64,000 nucleotides of DNA, from the NCBI RefSeq assembly GCF_037042905.1, contig NC_087251.1, forward strand, positions 38,256,001 through 38,320,000. The letters are read 5' to 3'. Below are positions 37,216-52,600 of this stretch, in pieces. Origin of the DNA: Lytechinus pictus (lineage: Eukaryota). The position numbers were made by a program, and so were the translations under genes. Numbering within the stretch: position 1 is the first letter of the stretch; each line of letters starts with the position of its first letter. The notes beneath the pieces are model-generated. The model ran no database searches, had not been told where the DNA came from, and was given only the letters and a program-made list of their open reading frames with translations.

Positions 37216-40200
37216 TCTTCGAAAAAGAAAAGTTATAAATCCAGTAGAACACATTTGCTATCTACCGTAGACAGCTATAATACATATAACACCTAACAAG
37301 GGCCATTGTGCGATCGAAATTATAAATCTCTGCCAATAATGGCCAATCAATATTTGAATTCTACAACAGTCTGGTATTAGGTCAAAATAGGAGCTAGTTG
37401 CATTATATTCTGGAAGTGAAGCAGTTAACCTGAAAGGTTATCTCTTCCTTAACAATGTGGCATACGTGGATCACATCAATTAATAATATTTGCATTTTTA
37501 TCATAGTTTTGTGTGTCCAGCTATATCATGACTAATCTTTCGCTTTTAAGATTTGGTCGAATCGCGGCCCTTTTGGATTTGTCCGTGGAGCTACTTCCGT
37601 AAGTAGCTCCATGTTCCAATGGAATCTAATGTAAAGATGTACTAAAATCATTGCTCTACTTGTCCCCTTGGTACTTGTCACACAAAATATATCAACATGT
37701 CTAAAAAAATGCTGGCAAAGACAAATGAATGTATAAAAATACATTATAAAGATTAATTTCAGAGTGTGATCGTGCTTGATTACGCGGACCAAAACCCTAC
37801 TCAATTGGAACGACATCAAAAGTCAATGACAGTTCTCCCACTTTGATCCATTCAAAAAAAAATTCGCTTGCTTTCATTCACCATTTCACCTTGGCTGTGT
37901 TTAGATTTTCAACTGGAGCAAAGAGAAGGGAAGAATGGGTATGAAAATGATGTGATTTGTTTAAGAGCGTGTGGGAAGCTCTTTTGGAGTTTGTGCCGAT
38001 CGAAGGTGAGCGTTTCGGCACCCTTCTGTTGTGGTGTAGATAGGAATGCGAAGAGACCTTATAGCGTGAATTGGACCGAATCAATCGCACCACGTGCATT
38101 GCTATCATCGATAAAAACCAGTTATTATGAATTATTAATTGATTCTTTTATGAATGCAAATTTTTATGTGAAAGCCAAGAGATTTTGTTAGATATTGTCA
38201 AGAATCGGTAATTTATGTGGTTTCTTTTTATCTTTTGCAATGTATTTGGCTCCATAGCAGCTAGGTAGGATCTCTGCAACAATAATGATGCACAGGACCG
38301 AAGCCTGTCGAGACACCATTAATCATCATCATCAGCAGCAACAACAACAACAACAGCTCTATCATTACATTATGATAAAGGATTCTCGAATATGAAACCA
38401 TCCAATCAGATACGTCCAACACATTTGACTCTTTATGATTTTTGTAATTCGCCTGCATGTGGTTTGCTTGAATTTACATATGTATATAAACCTGGAATTA
38501 TCTTAATCTATGTTTCGTATATTTATAGACTTTGTATAACTTTCCATTATTGTGATCCAAATAAAGTTATATCAAACTAATAATTCAGGATTTTTTTAAT
38601 GATATTGTATATACTAGATTCGATCAACCGTATTAGTCATTGATTATTTTGTCGAGACATAGATTGTTCTTTGTGATTACATAACCCGCATATCATTCAA
38701 GAGTATTGCTGAAAACGTATCGTCTTTATCATTTTCTGACTTTTTGTGCGATTTTGGTTTTCACATCATTTACACTGACATTGAAAATTGTTCATAATCA
38801 TGTTGGTAATGATCAGCGATTCACCGATAAGATCAAAGTCGGCTAATTACAGACACATCAAAATCGATGTAGAACCGCCACATATCACAGATGTGACCTA
38901 ACAGATTCCGCCAACAAAACGCTCTTTTATTTTCAGAATTGAGATATTTCGTCGGCACAAAGCTATCTCTTTCCACAATGCAGAGTGGAGAGATAACATC
39001 TATGTAGGCTAATTTCACATGATCTTCTCGTCGATTGAAAAGTGAATTGTGTTTTGCAAACTTTGATCGTTTTAGGGAGGAGTTGGGATGAAAGAAAGAT
39101 TGGTTTGTGAGGTGATTTTAAATCCATTTCTTTTCACCAGGGGAGAATCTTATCTTCACAATCAAAATTGGATGATATGAAACATGTCTCTGTGTGGATT
39201 TAAATAATCGAGAATGGGAGGAATCGAGGGGGGAAGAGGGGAGAAAAGAAAGGAAGATACAATCTTTCCTGTTTTAACAATTTACAGAATGATTTGGTTA
39301 TTTTTTTCTGTAAAATCTGCTTTTTAATTTTTTCTTCGGTAAAATCTTCTGTTTTTTTCTAACAGTGTATATATTAGGTGTCGTGTGCATATAAACATGA
39401 TAAAGACACTTCTTTCAGTCTCTGAGGAGTAAACCAATATGCCTATTTATAATTGTAAGTTTAAAAAAAATATGAAAACGGTCTATAGGAATTAGATTTA
39501 ACAAAGTATCCTGAGATCATGCAGGTGTTTAAAAATATATACAACTAAATTAATGACATCAGTTTGTGTAATGACTCGTTACATATTCATCATGAGTTTC
39601 TTTTAATAAAAATAAATTACTTTTTTTCTTTGCAGCTGACTCAGATTTAGTTTGCCAATTGACTATAGCATGCTGTTATTTAAAAGATATTGACAATTTT
39701 TCGCATGATTTTGATGATACTCGTTTCTTTTTTTAATTGGAAAGGAAAATGCTCGAGGGTATAACAAATTCGATCACACCCTGTATCACTAAAAGGAATT
39801 CAAACAAATTGGTTATCTTTCAATCAGAGTTTTAATCCCGGATTCAATTTGCAAAATCACACCTCTATTAGTATAAAAAGGCCAAACTAAAATGGACCAC
39901 ATCAATTCATTTCCATATTAGCACTGTCAGACGTCATTAAAAGGAGCAATATAAAAGCATATTACTTGTGAAAACGCATAATATCCGCGTTAAAGAATGA
40001 CTAGATCGAGGAAGTTTTGGATTTCTAGTTCTTTTGTCCCCTGTGAAAAGATGAAAATGGTATTACAACTTTCAGAAGCTGACCCAGTAATAATCTCATC
40101 AGATTTTTTTAAATATATAAATGTATAGCTGATAGGAATATGGATGTGAAAGGAGGGGAAATGATTATATAAAATGCAAAGATCGGCAATTCAAAAGAAG

Positions 40201-43200
40201 GGAATAGATTAAAAAATCGAAAATGACCGTCATATCTCACCTGCCACAATCATTCAATACATTCTATAGCTTTACAAATATCGAGGAAAAAACATAATGA
40301 CGAGATAAAATGAAAGACTGTTATGATAACTATCCCTCACCTCCCACAATCAGTTACACTAATGTGTAGATATCAAAGATTGATAACATTCACTCAGGAT
40401 AATTATTCTTTATTATCATTCATTAGGGTTAACACACTGTGAAGCGGAAAAGATTCGATGTGTTTATAAAGTAATATGGCATAATTTGCAAATGAAGAAA
40501 TGAATGGTGCCGATCATTTCGAATTCCTGTAAAAGAAATTAAATAAATGAGAATTTATGATTTGATTTGCAATAATGATAACTGTTTTCAATTAAAACTT
40601 TCCATTATCTTGAGTAATATTTTCCCATGATCCAATTTCTCTGACATTCTTTATATCTATATAGGGCCTAATTGAAGTAACTGATGATTTCTCAATATAA
40701 TACAGTTTAATTGATATAATGATAATCAATATGTCGTGAAAATAATGTTACAATATTTATTAAGAATAGGATTTGATCCATGTTAAGTTTCCATCTCAGA
40801 GATTTGGACGGCATGTTTCAGTCGAAATAGTGTTAATCAATATTTTTTTAAATGACAACTTGAAACATTTACAGATGATTATCACTTATGCTAAACCTGG
40901 ATAAATTACTGATGAGTAAGGATTGGGAGAGAAGGGAAGAATATAATCATCCAATCAATATTTATTAATCAACCAATCAAAATAATCTATTTATCGATTA
41001 ACCTCGTCATGATTAATATCTGATAAATTGAGCTCAAATTAGCTATATGCGCTTGTTTTCCCCAGTTTCTCGCTTCGCTCACTCGCTGCATAGCAAGTGC
41101 CCCTGCCGAAGTTCAAGTCTCAGAAAAAAAATAGTTCAATATCTGGGATTTGACAATTTGATCACCGTGATAACTATTTTTGTTTGACACCTCAAGGCGT
41201 GTCATTGGATAGGGGCGGAAAGGCAGCCGCTTGAGCCGGGGAGAGTGAGCCCTGATTACTGGATGAGAGAGGATACAGCTCACCGGGCCTGGCGTCCACA
41301 TGTTTCATCTTCTTTTACACAATTTAAAGTTCACGGGGTTGGCATCCAGCGCAAAATTCACTACTGACGTTTCTCGTCAAATAAGTTACAGGTTTTGCAA
41401 GAAGCCCTTCGTCATCTCCTTCCATTTGGTTGTTTCGTATTGTATTCTTGCTTTGATTGTAACTGATGGCCGTCTGCCATTTCTAAATTTAATCTAAGGA
41501 TGTCGAAGTGACTGTATTTCCCTGTATTGTTCTTCACATTGTGTTTCCAATTGTCGGGATATCAACTATCATCGATGATCATCAAATCTGATCAATGATG
41601 TAGACATACATTAAATAAATTTTAAAAAACAGCTTCATCGCCAGCATTCTCACTGCTTTTCAATTAAATGAAATCTTTGAAGATATAAAAGCGAGGACAA
41701 GGACAGTCTAGCTCTGCAGGTAGTGGTCAAATTGTATTGTTTTTCTCATTTTCGTTCAGACCATGCGAGGCTTTATTTCTCAGGTAACCTTCCTCATTAT
41801 TCATCTTTACGATGGGGAGAAACACGTACCTGACTTTGATCCGTGCCTTTATCGTACATGCTTCATTAGTCCAATGACGAATTGGTTAGAAACACAAGAA
41901 CGGACGTTCCAATTTCACGCACGGTTACCGTTTGAATATCACCGCATTTATTATCCTCTTCCCCACGTTTTTTTTTTCGTTTTGTTTTCTTCTTCAAAGG
42001 TCCCATACTTGTGCAACTTTGGTACCAAGAAACACCTGAACGTTTAATATATTCACAACTCGGGAACTCTGTATCATTTTTATTTGTATTGTATATATAT
42101 ATATATATATACATATATATAAATGTATATATATATATAAGATTATGTCTCCTCATGGCGTTTTTATTAAGTCTTCTTTTGTTGATATATATATATTTAT
42201 GTTCCGACGGAAATGCGAGTGAGGAAAAGATGCACGTGAAGCATGGATGATGATGATTTAAGCAGCTTACCTTTTAATCTAAACATGCTCCTTTACTTTG
42301 AAAATAGTCTTCAATCTCAGTTTTCAAAGAAATGTTTCCCGAAACACAGATGTTCTTCGTCTATTAATTGATTCTTAGTTTTAGCATTAAGAGTCTCTCA
42401 AATTGATTTCTTTCACTTAATTGAAAACGGTAATGATTGTTTTCAATTCAAGAAGTAAAAAAATAACAACTGCAATATTTCAAACAAAATTTTAAAACCA
42501 AATCCCATGTCAGCTATATCATTGACAATTTTTTTAAGTATATATGCTTGGACGCTTGTACAGACGGAACACAGTTGTTTATAAATATTCTGCAGCATTA
42601 CAGGTATACTATACCGTCCAACATATATGCATATACGAATATCGTCACTTGGACACATTTCAAGTACACAGGAGCACCTAAATTTGACATGATGTGAAAT
42701 ATCTTAACGATGGCATTCAGTATAGTGCAAGATTCTATACGCTCACTTTATGATAATACATTGACTTTCGATGTTTTTTTCACTAATCACTAAACTTATT
42801 AAACTGTGTTTCCTCAAAGAAAAAATAAACATGCACGGACCGCATCATCTGAGGAAACATTTTTTAGAGAGAGAGAGAGAGAGAGAGATGAGATGGAGAG
42901 AACTTGGCAAGATCTGCCAAATTTCGTCACGAAAAAAACACTTCAGCTTGAGACCTTTACGTTCACATGGTTCGAGATCACTCAAATAATTTCATCGTGT
43001 ATTACAAACTTATAATTACATTGCCCATTATGATCGTTTTCTTCCTTATCCTTAAGTTCAAACGTAGGATGCTTTTTCCAGATTAAAAAAAAAAGTCATT
43101 GTCTTTTGTTAGTACATCGACATGACTAAGGAGCCGAGAATAACAATGCACTATCCTTTAGCGAATAGTGACCTTCTTTTTTAAACTCTCTAACGACTTT

Positions 43201-43476
43201 TCTAAGAGGAAGCATCCCCCACTTTAGCTGTAAACTTGGTTTCACGAATACCCTGAGGTTTCATAAAGGGGTGGTGCCACCGGGTGAGCAGGGGACGACA
43301 ATTCCCAGGATATTCAAAGAAGAGACTAAAACAAACAAAAAACCCGGAAAGGATGGGGGAAGAGGAAAGAAAAAAAGCAAGAAAATTATGTTTTTTATTT
43401 TTTTATTCTTTTTTTAATATTTATTTATTTCATTATTATTATTTTTTTGGGGGGAAGGGGGTTGTTTAGCTCTATA

Positions 43477-43691
43477 CACAGTACAAACGATGTTTACAAT
43501 AAATTATGAACCTTTCAGTAGTTGTTTAACAGTTTTAACAACCATGCTTGACTTATTGAGAATAGCATATTACAAATAAAACTTTTTTTTAAAGATTTCA
43601 AACAATTGTTTAAACTGTTTAAACAACTGCTCTACGGTTCATATATAGTAAACAGTGATGTATAAACATTTTAAACATAGTTTTTACTGTG
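43477..43691. mobile_element. Palindromic TA-flanked MITE
   Basis: ta|CACAGTA...TACTGTG|ta with complementary GTTGTTTAA/TTAAACAAC arms. Confidence 0.65.
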
Positions 43692-46600
43692 TAATGTACC
43701 TACTCAAAGAAAGGAATGAAGTAATCGTTAGGTCTCCCCCCCCCCCCCATATATAATTATATACCCTGGCGCCGCCCCCTGTTACTTACACCATTTAAAC
43801 AAATCCCACATGATTTCAGAGTTTCGGGATGGCCGCGGTTTCTTTTTCGAATTTACGTTTTCCGTTCGACATCACGCAACATCAAGAACAATCAACCTCA
43901 CCGAGATGACAACAGGAATATAAAAATGTTATTAAAATGAGGGTCAGACTGCTAATATTCTTTTAAAGACATCATTCTTGCCTTTAACATCCGTAATTCG
44001 CAGCACCGGGTCGTTAACACTGAACCCATAACTTCCTTAAAAGTCGAAATGCTGAAAACGTATTTTACTCGTGATATTTTAACGAAGTGCGAAGGAAACA
44101 CGTACTGCACCACAAATCATTGATTCTAATTTTGTTCTAACCAATAATAATAAGGAGAGAAACACACACCGCATCACAAGTCATAGGTTTTCAAATATGA
44201 TTTCACTTTTTCGTATACTTCTGTTTTTTTTTTTTTTTTCCTCGCTTTAAGAATTATGATATATTGCAAAATAATGTTTGTCTTCTAAAATAAAATCCAT
44301 GTTTGTAATGAATATCCTTTTTTTAGATTTGGTTTCCCTGTTGAATGTTTAAACGAACGATAAAATTATCTGGGATGCCAAATTGTATGGGTGTTCGTAA
44401 ACTTTGTTTGGCAACCGAAGACATTTTATTTGTCTGAATGATTTTAAATCAAATCAAATCAAACGATTGAATATCTTCATCAATTTATATTTAAAAAAAA
44501 GAAATCTAATGAAATGTGGCAAAACTTAATACTTTCGATACTTATATAACAAGCATGCTATAAATAGGCAGTTCAAGTACCCCTTCTAACCATTCAGTCA
44601 GGATTGAATTGAAAGCGCGGGAAAAAAAGTAAGTGTGAACTTTGAAAGATGCGACAAATTACACGTTTCAGGGCGATGTGCCGCTCGTATTACATAACGT
44701 GTTAATTTAATGATTGCGTGGCGTGTGCGTGCAGGCGCCACAGACAACCTTGGTGGATTGTACTTTGATCAGAGCGGACTGGTCAATATTCCTTCCAGGG
44801 AAGTTCCCGTGGTCTGTGTGTACGTGACCACCGGTCAATCGTGGCCATAAATCTCTTCTCCTTCTCTTGGTAATTCCTAGGTCATCCGTTTTCCCAGGTC
44901 TTCATTTTTTTAAATAAAATCCAAGGGACTGGCTGGCATTCCCGGGGGATTTAGTCACGTGTCTGTTAGTGATTGTGTAACCGATTAACAAAATGTTTGG
45001 GAAAGGTGAGAACGCAGGGGAGGGGGTGGGGTTTGGGGCTAGGGAAGGTCATTGATATCTGTCGAAAAGCTGATAGGCCTTTACATCATAGAGTTGATGT
45101 TTTATCTATCGAAACATCATTATCTATACATCAGGTAATTTATACATGTTGTAGCTTAACCTAAGCCAGTATAATTATTTAAATACAATTCTCCAACATA
45201 ATAATTCGGGATGCTTACAATTTTTCACACGTCGCTTTTTCACGAGTCCTATTCCAAAAATTTTGATTTCAGTGGTGACGACCCAGCTCACGATTTTAAA
45301 CAAGAAATCACTGAGCATGCGCCATGCAAAAGCAATTTTTCACGGAATCGCCAATGAAAATCCAAAGAAAGAGCTTGGGGGTTTTCATACCCCACCCCAC
45401 TAAACATCCCCCTATACCCGAAGACGATGCAAAGACGTTTATAACTTAATGCAGATAATGTGGATAATTGTCTAAATGCCTTGACATCGAGCAAAAAAAA
45501 GGAGCTCAATTAAACTGCAATACACACAGGTTCGCACGAGAAAATATGACGAAGGGCACGAGAATGGGTCATCCTTACTCACACAGGTTTAGCCTTCATC
45601 GTATCTCGCACAAGTCACGTATTCCATCTGTCTTGATACACGTAGCTATATCACCCTTAATAGGAAGCACTCAATATTTCAAAAGATTTGAAATAAATAA
45701 ATTGCATTCCATTTCTGACCTGTACATACAATATAATGCCAGATTACTTTCAATTATAAAAGCAAGCAGATGCTGCTGAACGAATTTAAAAGTGAGGGGA
45801 AGTTGGAACATGCATAAAGTCATAATTTGATGGTCATTTTCATGCTTTTGTTCATGATTAAGGGAAAAGTGGGGGTGTAGCTGAAGCCCCTGCAGAGTAT
45901 AGACACTGACTTTAACAATTTTTTTTTTCAAAAGTATTCTCAAAAACCTGTAGTTTCACGTCTCAACGCGACAGGTTTTCATTTACAAGTATATATATAA
46001 GTTAACAAATTTAAATGAATTACATTAGATATAATGTAAATAAAGATTAATTAGGACTTGTAGTTGAATGTTATTCATCAAAGTAAGATTATCATTCACA
46101 TCTTTATAGAGATCAATAGTCATCAATATAGAATAATGTTTAATTTAAGCTGGATTAAGAAATAGGCCTAAAGGTGTAAAATCAAAGACATCAAACGCAA
46201 TGAGTCATTCAAATAAACTTCTCGAAATGTGCCACATACCTCGTCCTTATATTGGCATTGAAATTGGGTAACAAAATAAACAACCTGAAACTTTTATGAA
46301 GGAAGGATGGATGGAACGTGTTTCGCGCGGATCTCATCGAAGGTATCTCTACATATTATAACAAAAAAGGAAATTTCCTGGCAACCTCCATTGCTTGTAA
46401 AACCAAATTTCGACAGGTTGTACCCCCTGCCTGGCGACAAAGGACGCTTCGAGCTGTGTTGCCATAAAGGAATCTTGTTAGGCCTTGGGCGATACATCCA
46501 CACGTTCGCGTTTATAGGATGAAAATCTGGTTAGAAAATGTACTTTTTGAATAATGAAAATCAATTTTATAGTCCTTGTTCAACTGATAATAGAACAAAC

Positions 46601-49600
46601 TGTAATGGAACGTTTGAACCAGTGATTTGTAGAATGTTATCATTATTTTACTTTGAAATAGGTTGATATCTACCCATACGCTCTAAGAAAAATGATAGAA
46701 GTTTGGTTGAAATATTAATATCAACCTGCCAAAATGTCGTTGAGTAATGAATGAAATCTACTGGATTTATAACTAGTGCACGTTTGGGCTCATGATTTGA
46801 CTAGCCTTATTACCCCACTCCCTCTCTCTCTCTCTCTCTCTCCTCCGTGTCTAATGACAACATATCTGCATGGGGTTTTCGTGTTTAGCTCAATGCCAAT
46901 GACCTCAAAGACTAGTTATGAAACTGAATGAATTCGAAATGTGAACTTGGCGATGACTCAGGTACTACTTGACCGGGAAATATAATACTGGGAAATGATT
47001 ATTCCTTACGTTCAGAGATATATCAGGGCTCATCCAACAAGCATTCTCGGAAAAAGCGGCTGATGTCACTCTCTGTTGATCTGTTCCAAAGAAAAGATGT
47101 TTATCGACATTGACAAAAATGACCATATAACGACTTCATTCATGGATAGCGGTAATAACGACGGAACTTATTGCAAAGAAATGTCTAAAATTTTGTAAGT
47201 TATCAAATCATCTACATTTTCAACCATGAATTATTCTCTCTCATGTGTTTTTTTTCTGATTCGTCACTCGAGTGTCTAATTTGGGCACACTTTAATTCTG
47301 TCATCTCTCTGTCATTTTTTTTATGTCACTCTCCCTTTCTTTCTCTGTACTTCTTCCCCTCTGCAGGCTTTCATACCCCTTACTCTATCTCTATTTATCC
47401 CTCTCTACCTCTCTCTTTCTCTCTCTCTCCTTTCTCCACCTCCTCTTGCTGACCTCCCCTCTCAGACGGAATCAAAATAACAAGTCTGCCTGCTGTAGCC
47501 TACGTGCTCGCATCTCAAAGTTATGGCCAGCGCAATGACGGCTTCAATGTCAACCGCTACAGGGTCACGTGGCCTCGGCTGCGGCCAATGTCAAACCCCC
47601 TTCTATATTACTCGACGTTTCAAGTGCGGTCACTATAATACATCCTTGCCGTTGAGTGATGCCAGCCCTGGAAGGGGGTTTGCCAGTATGCGTCGCCATG
47701 GTTACAACTTTTGTTGTTCAACCTCTGCTCTTGATGCCTCCAGTATTTTTTTTCTTCTGATTTCTTTTACAGCACTTTATAGAAAAGATGTTAAAAGGAG
47801 TATAATTATATTTCAAATATGAAGTGACAGTTTGAAGAGGAACATGCATTTAACAAACACACTTTTAGTGGTTTCGCGTGGGTTTTTTTCTGGGACGCAC
47901 TGTATGTCGTCACGTTTTTGACAAATTATTTCTCCTCACAGTCTCTTCTCCGTATCCTTGCTGTCCAGATGTAAAGTACAGTTTATAAAAATATTTCATA
48001 TTTTGTTTCAGTAAGTGTTAAAATGTTGATAATGATAACAACAAGTATCACTCTGTGTATTGTTTTAAACAATCTTTTCAAGGAAATAAAAGCTACAGTT
48101 GGTCTGTAGCTGATTTCAATTCACAGCCATAATTTTAGCACTATACATATTATTTTTTATGTAATTGATTTTCGATTTGATTTGATAGTGTTGTAAGTGC
48201 TATTTAGGTCATAAAAAATTAAGAATAATGATTTGATTATTATGTCTATGTTTTTGTGTGTGTGATGGGCGGAAGGAGGGGGTCCGAGAAATTTGCCATA
48301 AAGTGCAAAGGGGGGGGGGGCGATATGTCTTAGATAGAAAGAAAAAAATAATTAAGATACAAATTCTGTAAACGGTTCTCGATTTTTTACAAAGGAATTT
48401 TTAATCAATTATAGCTTTATGCACTTAGTTTTTACCACTTTGAAATTGACGACTGATTCAAATCAAAGTTGAAAAATATAGGCCTATATCAATCAGCGCC
48501 TCTCCTTTTTTGGCGTCTTTCTGCTATTACTTCCTTATGTACCCTGATTTGTATTACTATTCTCAACCACAAAATGACAAAAAAATTGACGTATTCAATA
48601 ATATAGTTGTATCTGTACATAAAATCTTAAAAAGCAATTTGTCAGCGATACCCAAGCCAGATCGAACTTAATTGTGCGATTGTTGTGGGCAGGTTTTTTT
48701 TTGTGATACAAAGTGACGGTAGCGCACAGTATATGGTTTCGGGAAAACGATTTTTATGTGGATTATGATTGGATTTCGTTCAAATATTTCTATAATTTCA
48801 ACTCTACGTGACCCGCGCTTGGTTTGTTATTTTGGTCAACAAGGTTATGATATTGAAGATTTTGCCCTCGACGAACAACTCCCGCGTATAATCATGACAA
48901 AAATTAAACTCAGGTGTTTCAGGTCGCTGCAAGAAAGGATATAAAAATGTGTGGTTTCCTTTGATAGAATTCATACAGGCCTGTATATGCAACTTTTTCA
49001 AGAATGTGATTCATAATACGATTCGTCATTTTACTAATTCCCTGAAAGCAGTATAAGTCATAACCCTTAAGTGATGTATAGCCAAAAGTGTTGACCCGAG
49101 TCCGAAAAGATTGCAAAAGGTGTCTGATTAATTGGTTTTCATATCTATTATAGGAAACTAGGAATTTGATGACGATGCCTACCGAATCGCTAGAAACTTG
49201 ACCGCAAAATCCTGAAAATGATTTACATCAGATAAACTTGAATAAATCGACCGTCCATAAGTTGAATATTTCATTTCATTTCGTTTATTTCCATTTTCAA
49301 CAATTACAGTTTGATTGTACATTTTGACATACAAAAAAAGCATATTTCAAGTATCCCTGTACAAAAATTATATTCAAGATATTCGCCCTGGTTGAACTCT
49401 TTTGTTTACTATATGCAAAACAATATACCTCTTCTTCTTGTAAGTCGAATTTCTCCTCAGTCGAAAAGATTTCTGTGTTCCAAAATAATTGATGATTCGA
49501 CTTCGACAAAGTTAACTGTAAAATTTTTACTCTTCCGCTCAAATTGCATTTCCGATCAATTTAACAAGTAAGTAAAATATCAGTTTGAAAATACGTACAT

Positions 49601-52600
49601 GAGTTTTGAGCCTTTTCAAAAGTTGCTGAAAGCTCGACGTTTCGATACATTAGGCCCCAGTCACAACCGACAGACCGATTCCCAACTGAACGATAATATG
49701 TCATTGAAAACAAGGTAATAGCTTTGGACGGTCAGGAGCCGGTTTCGTGAGTGTGACTGTAACATTACGACGATACTCAAACGAAGACTTGGGGCAGTCG
49801 CAACATCTGAAGTGACACAATATTGGAACGCGCTCCCAGCATCCCTAACAGCTGCTCTTCAAAACAATATAGTAAAATGAGTAAATATAGTATAAATCAT
49901 TTCACTCTTTGTAAACAAAGCAATTACAAGATGCCTCTTTTTTCTTCAGCCCCCACTTCGATCTCCCCCACACTACTGTCATTTTCTTACAACAAATTTA
50001 TCTTATACTTTTTATCATTTATTTCCTTTCTCGTAGCATCTACAGAAATGATCATGCAAGATGATAGAGAAATTGATATCATTATGGCAAAGTGCGAAAT
50101 GTTATTGCATAAATAGGAGAACGGGAATTACAGCTATGAATAACACATAACCCCTCCTCCATTTTCGCCTAAAAAATTATTTGGTGTATGGCGAATTTGG
50201 GAGTATTTCATGAAACTTCTTGTCACAGTAATTTCCACTGACGAATTTGCTCTGAGCCAATCAGATGTCAGAATTTCAGTAGCTTATGACATGACTATTT
50301 TATTTCATGAAATGCTTCCCTCTATATAAGGTATCGATGGTTCTACCAGGTGTGGCACACCCTGCGGTACCCCGTTGTAAATCTTGTCGTAAGTTCCCCA
50401 TGGATGCAACCAAATCCTTGTTGCCAATTCCCACGAGCAAGCTCGCCAGCAAGAGTCGATGTAAGAATTACATAGTATTACCCCCGTAAGAACGCGAAAG
50501 AACCTATTTGGAGGCTATCGCGAGGTTCAAATACAAACAGGGCCCCGGCCGTGACCGCAGCGACGGCCCATGGGGACATAGACCCTTGCGAGTCATATAG
50601 CCAACAAAACTATGCCAATATTAAATCGTTTGAAGTTAAATTGTGTTCCACTTCTTTCGTTTTTCTTCGAGTTCCTCAGCTCTGTCCGAAAGCAGGAACA
50701 AAGCAGATTCTTGACTTTCCGACCTTGCTCCGAATTTGCAAAGCCTCGACATTCGTTTGGGAGGGTGACGATGAGATAAATACTTGAGATGGGTTTCGTC
50801 ACTTTCGTGATTATGTCTTTAAAATTCACTAAACATGCTAAATGTAAGAGAATACAAAATACTTTTAAGATCCGCAATGATATGGGTTGTAATTCCATAT
50901 CAAATACAACCCTATACACACACTAAAAAAGTTTCAGTTTCGTACCCTTCAAAATATATGTCACAATAGAAGCTCCTTTTGGGGGCGCACCTTGTCACTC
51001 TTGGAAGCTTTGGCACCTCTATGGGCGCAGGTATGTTTATTTTGCACCATATACAAAATTTGCAGAGTTGTACCCCTATTGGAAAGGTTCAAATTTGCAT
51101 CATTTTGAATGCAAAAATTCCCGCAACTTGAAACTGTGCAAGGTTATACCATTAAGGGTGCAAACCGGTTCAAATAATCCAAAGAGGGTGCATATTTGCA
51201 CCCTTTTTATGTGGGGTGCATATATAGCACCTAGTACTAGAAGGTGTTGCTACTTTGACATCATGTTATAGGGCCGTGCAGATGGGGTGTAGGTTCATAA
51301 GAAAATACACCCTGTATGGTCCACTCTTTGGCGAGTACGAGTAACACTTTGCTGAACTTTATTTTTCAGCTTGGACTGACTTAAACAAACAGGAAGGGTT
51401 ATAAGTTAATAAGGATCAGAAGATACGAACACATGACCGAAGATAGAACGATTTGAAGGGCACTTGGCAAGGATCTCACTTTCTGTTTACTCTATACTCA
51501 TCAGTATAGATCACGTAGGTGGACATCATGATGTTGTTAAGTGTATTTTTGTTTGGAGTTCCATTCATTAAAATAAGAGGTTACGTTATCCATTAATTGT
51601 AACCTCGTTACCATGGAGACAAAATAACTCTACCACACAGTTTTGAAGATACTCTGAAATCGGGAGTTGTGACCTGCGCCTGTATAATCCAAGCTTCATA
51701 AAGGATGTTACGAATTGATGCAGAGGTTAGACGTCCTTCGGGTGGTGATGTTAAAGATCGGTCCAGACGTATACGTAAATAATATCCGACTTATACATGT
51801 CTGAATACAATGAATTACAAACATCAAATATCTATCCTCTTTTTTTAATTCTAAATGATTTGCGAGACATGTTTTTCAATTTAAGCCCCCCCCCCCCTCT
51901 TCTGATGAATCTTTATTTTCCCCACAGATAATAATTTTCAAAAGTTACTTTTGAATCTTGTTTGCGTGACCACAATGAGATAAAGTGGAGTTGAATTGAA
52001 TAATATGACTATTGGCCCCGGGACTATGTATTTCGCTAAATTGCTTTCTATTTGTATCATTATTATTTGTATTAATATACATTAATATGAAAGATTTGTT
52101 TAAACGTAATTATTTTCTATCGAAAGGTTGATTTGAATGCAAAGATTCGCAAACGTGGTATCGGAATGAATAAAAGTTATGGAGAATATAGGTCAAAGGT
52201 ATCTATAGTGTATATAGTTTTGTCCTGCGTCCTGTAACCTGTCTACTCCGCAAAAGACTGTTTGAAGTCAGATCTTATCAAGAAGCCTTTTGTCAGCAGT
52301 TCCTTTATTAATATTTCTGGTTTGACAGCGCTTTGACTTACAAGAATAAAACAGACGACAGCATATTATAAAACCCTGTAAAGAAGTCGGCAGACTCACA
52401 GAGGTTATAAAAAAAACCTCACGGCATAATTATGATAAAAGGTGGCGCCTCGCTTTGTAAAGATTACATTCTAAGAATGGTTGTTATTTTTGTAAAATTA
52501 TTCACCGAAATATAATCATAACCATGAGCGATGGGTGGAATGAGTGAGCTTGACGTTTGGCGAACAACAGGGGAAAAATGAAAGCGATTGAACTTGGGAA

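Noticed and set aside
41180..41500. Alternative first exon or nested promoter (ATTGG, GGGGCGG, minus-strand gtgagc donor)
   Set aside because: No convincing reading frame joining exon 2; the motifs alone are insufficient.
49630..49670. Second hammerhead (CGAAACGTCG on the minus strand)
   Set aside because: No CUGANGA core at the required distance. Other CTGANGA hits that I checked lacked stem II or GAAA.
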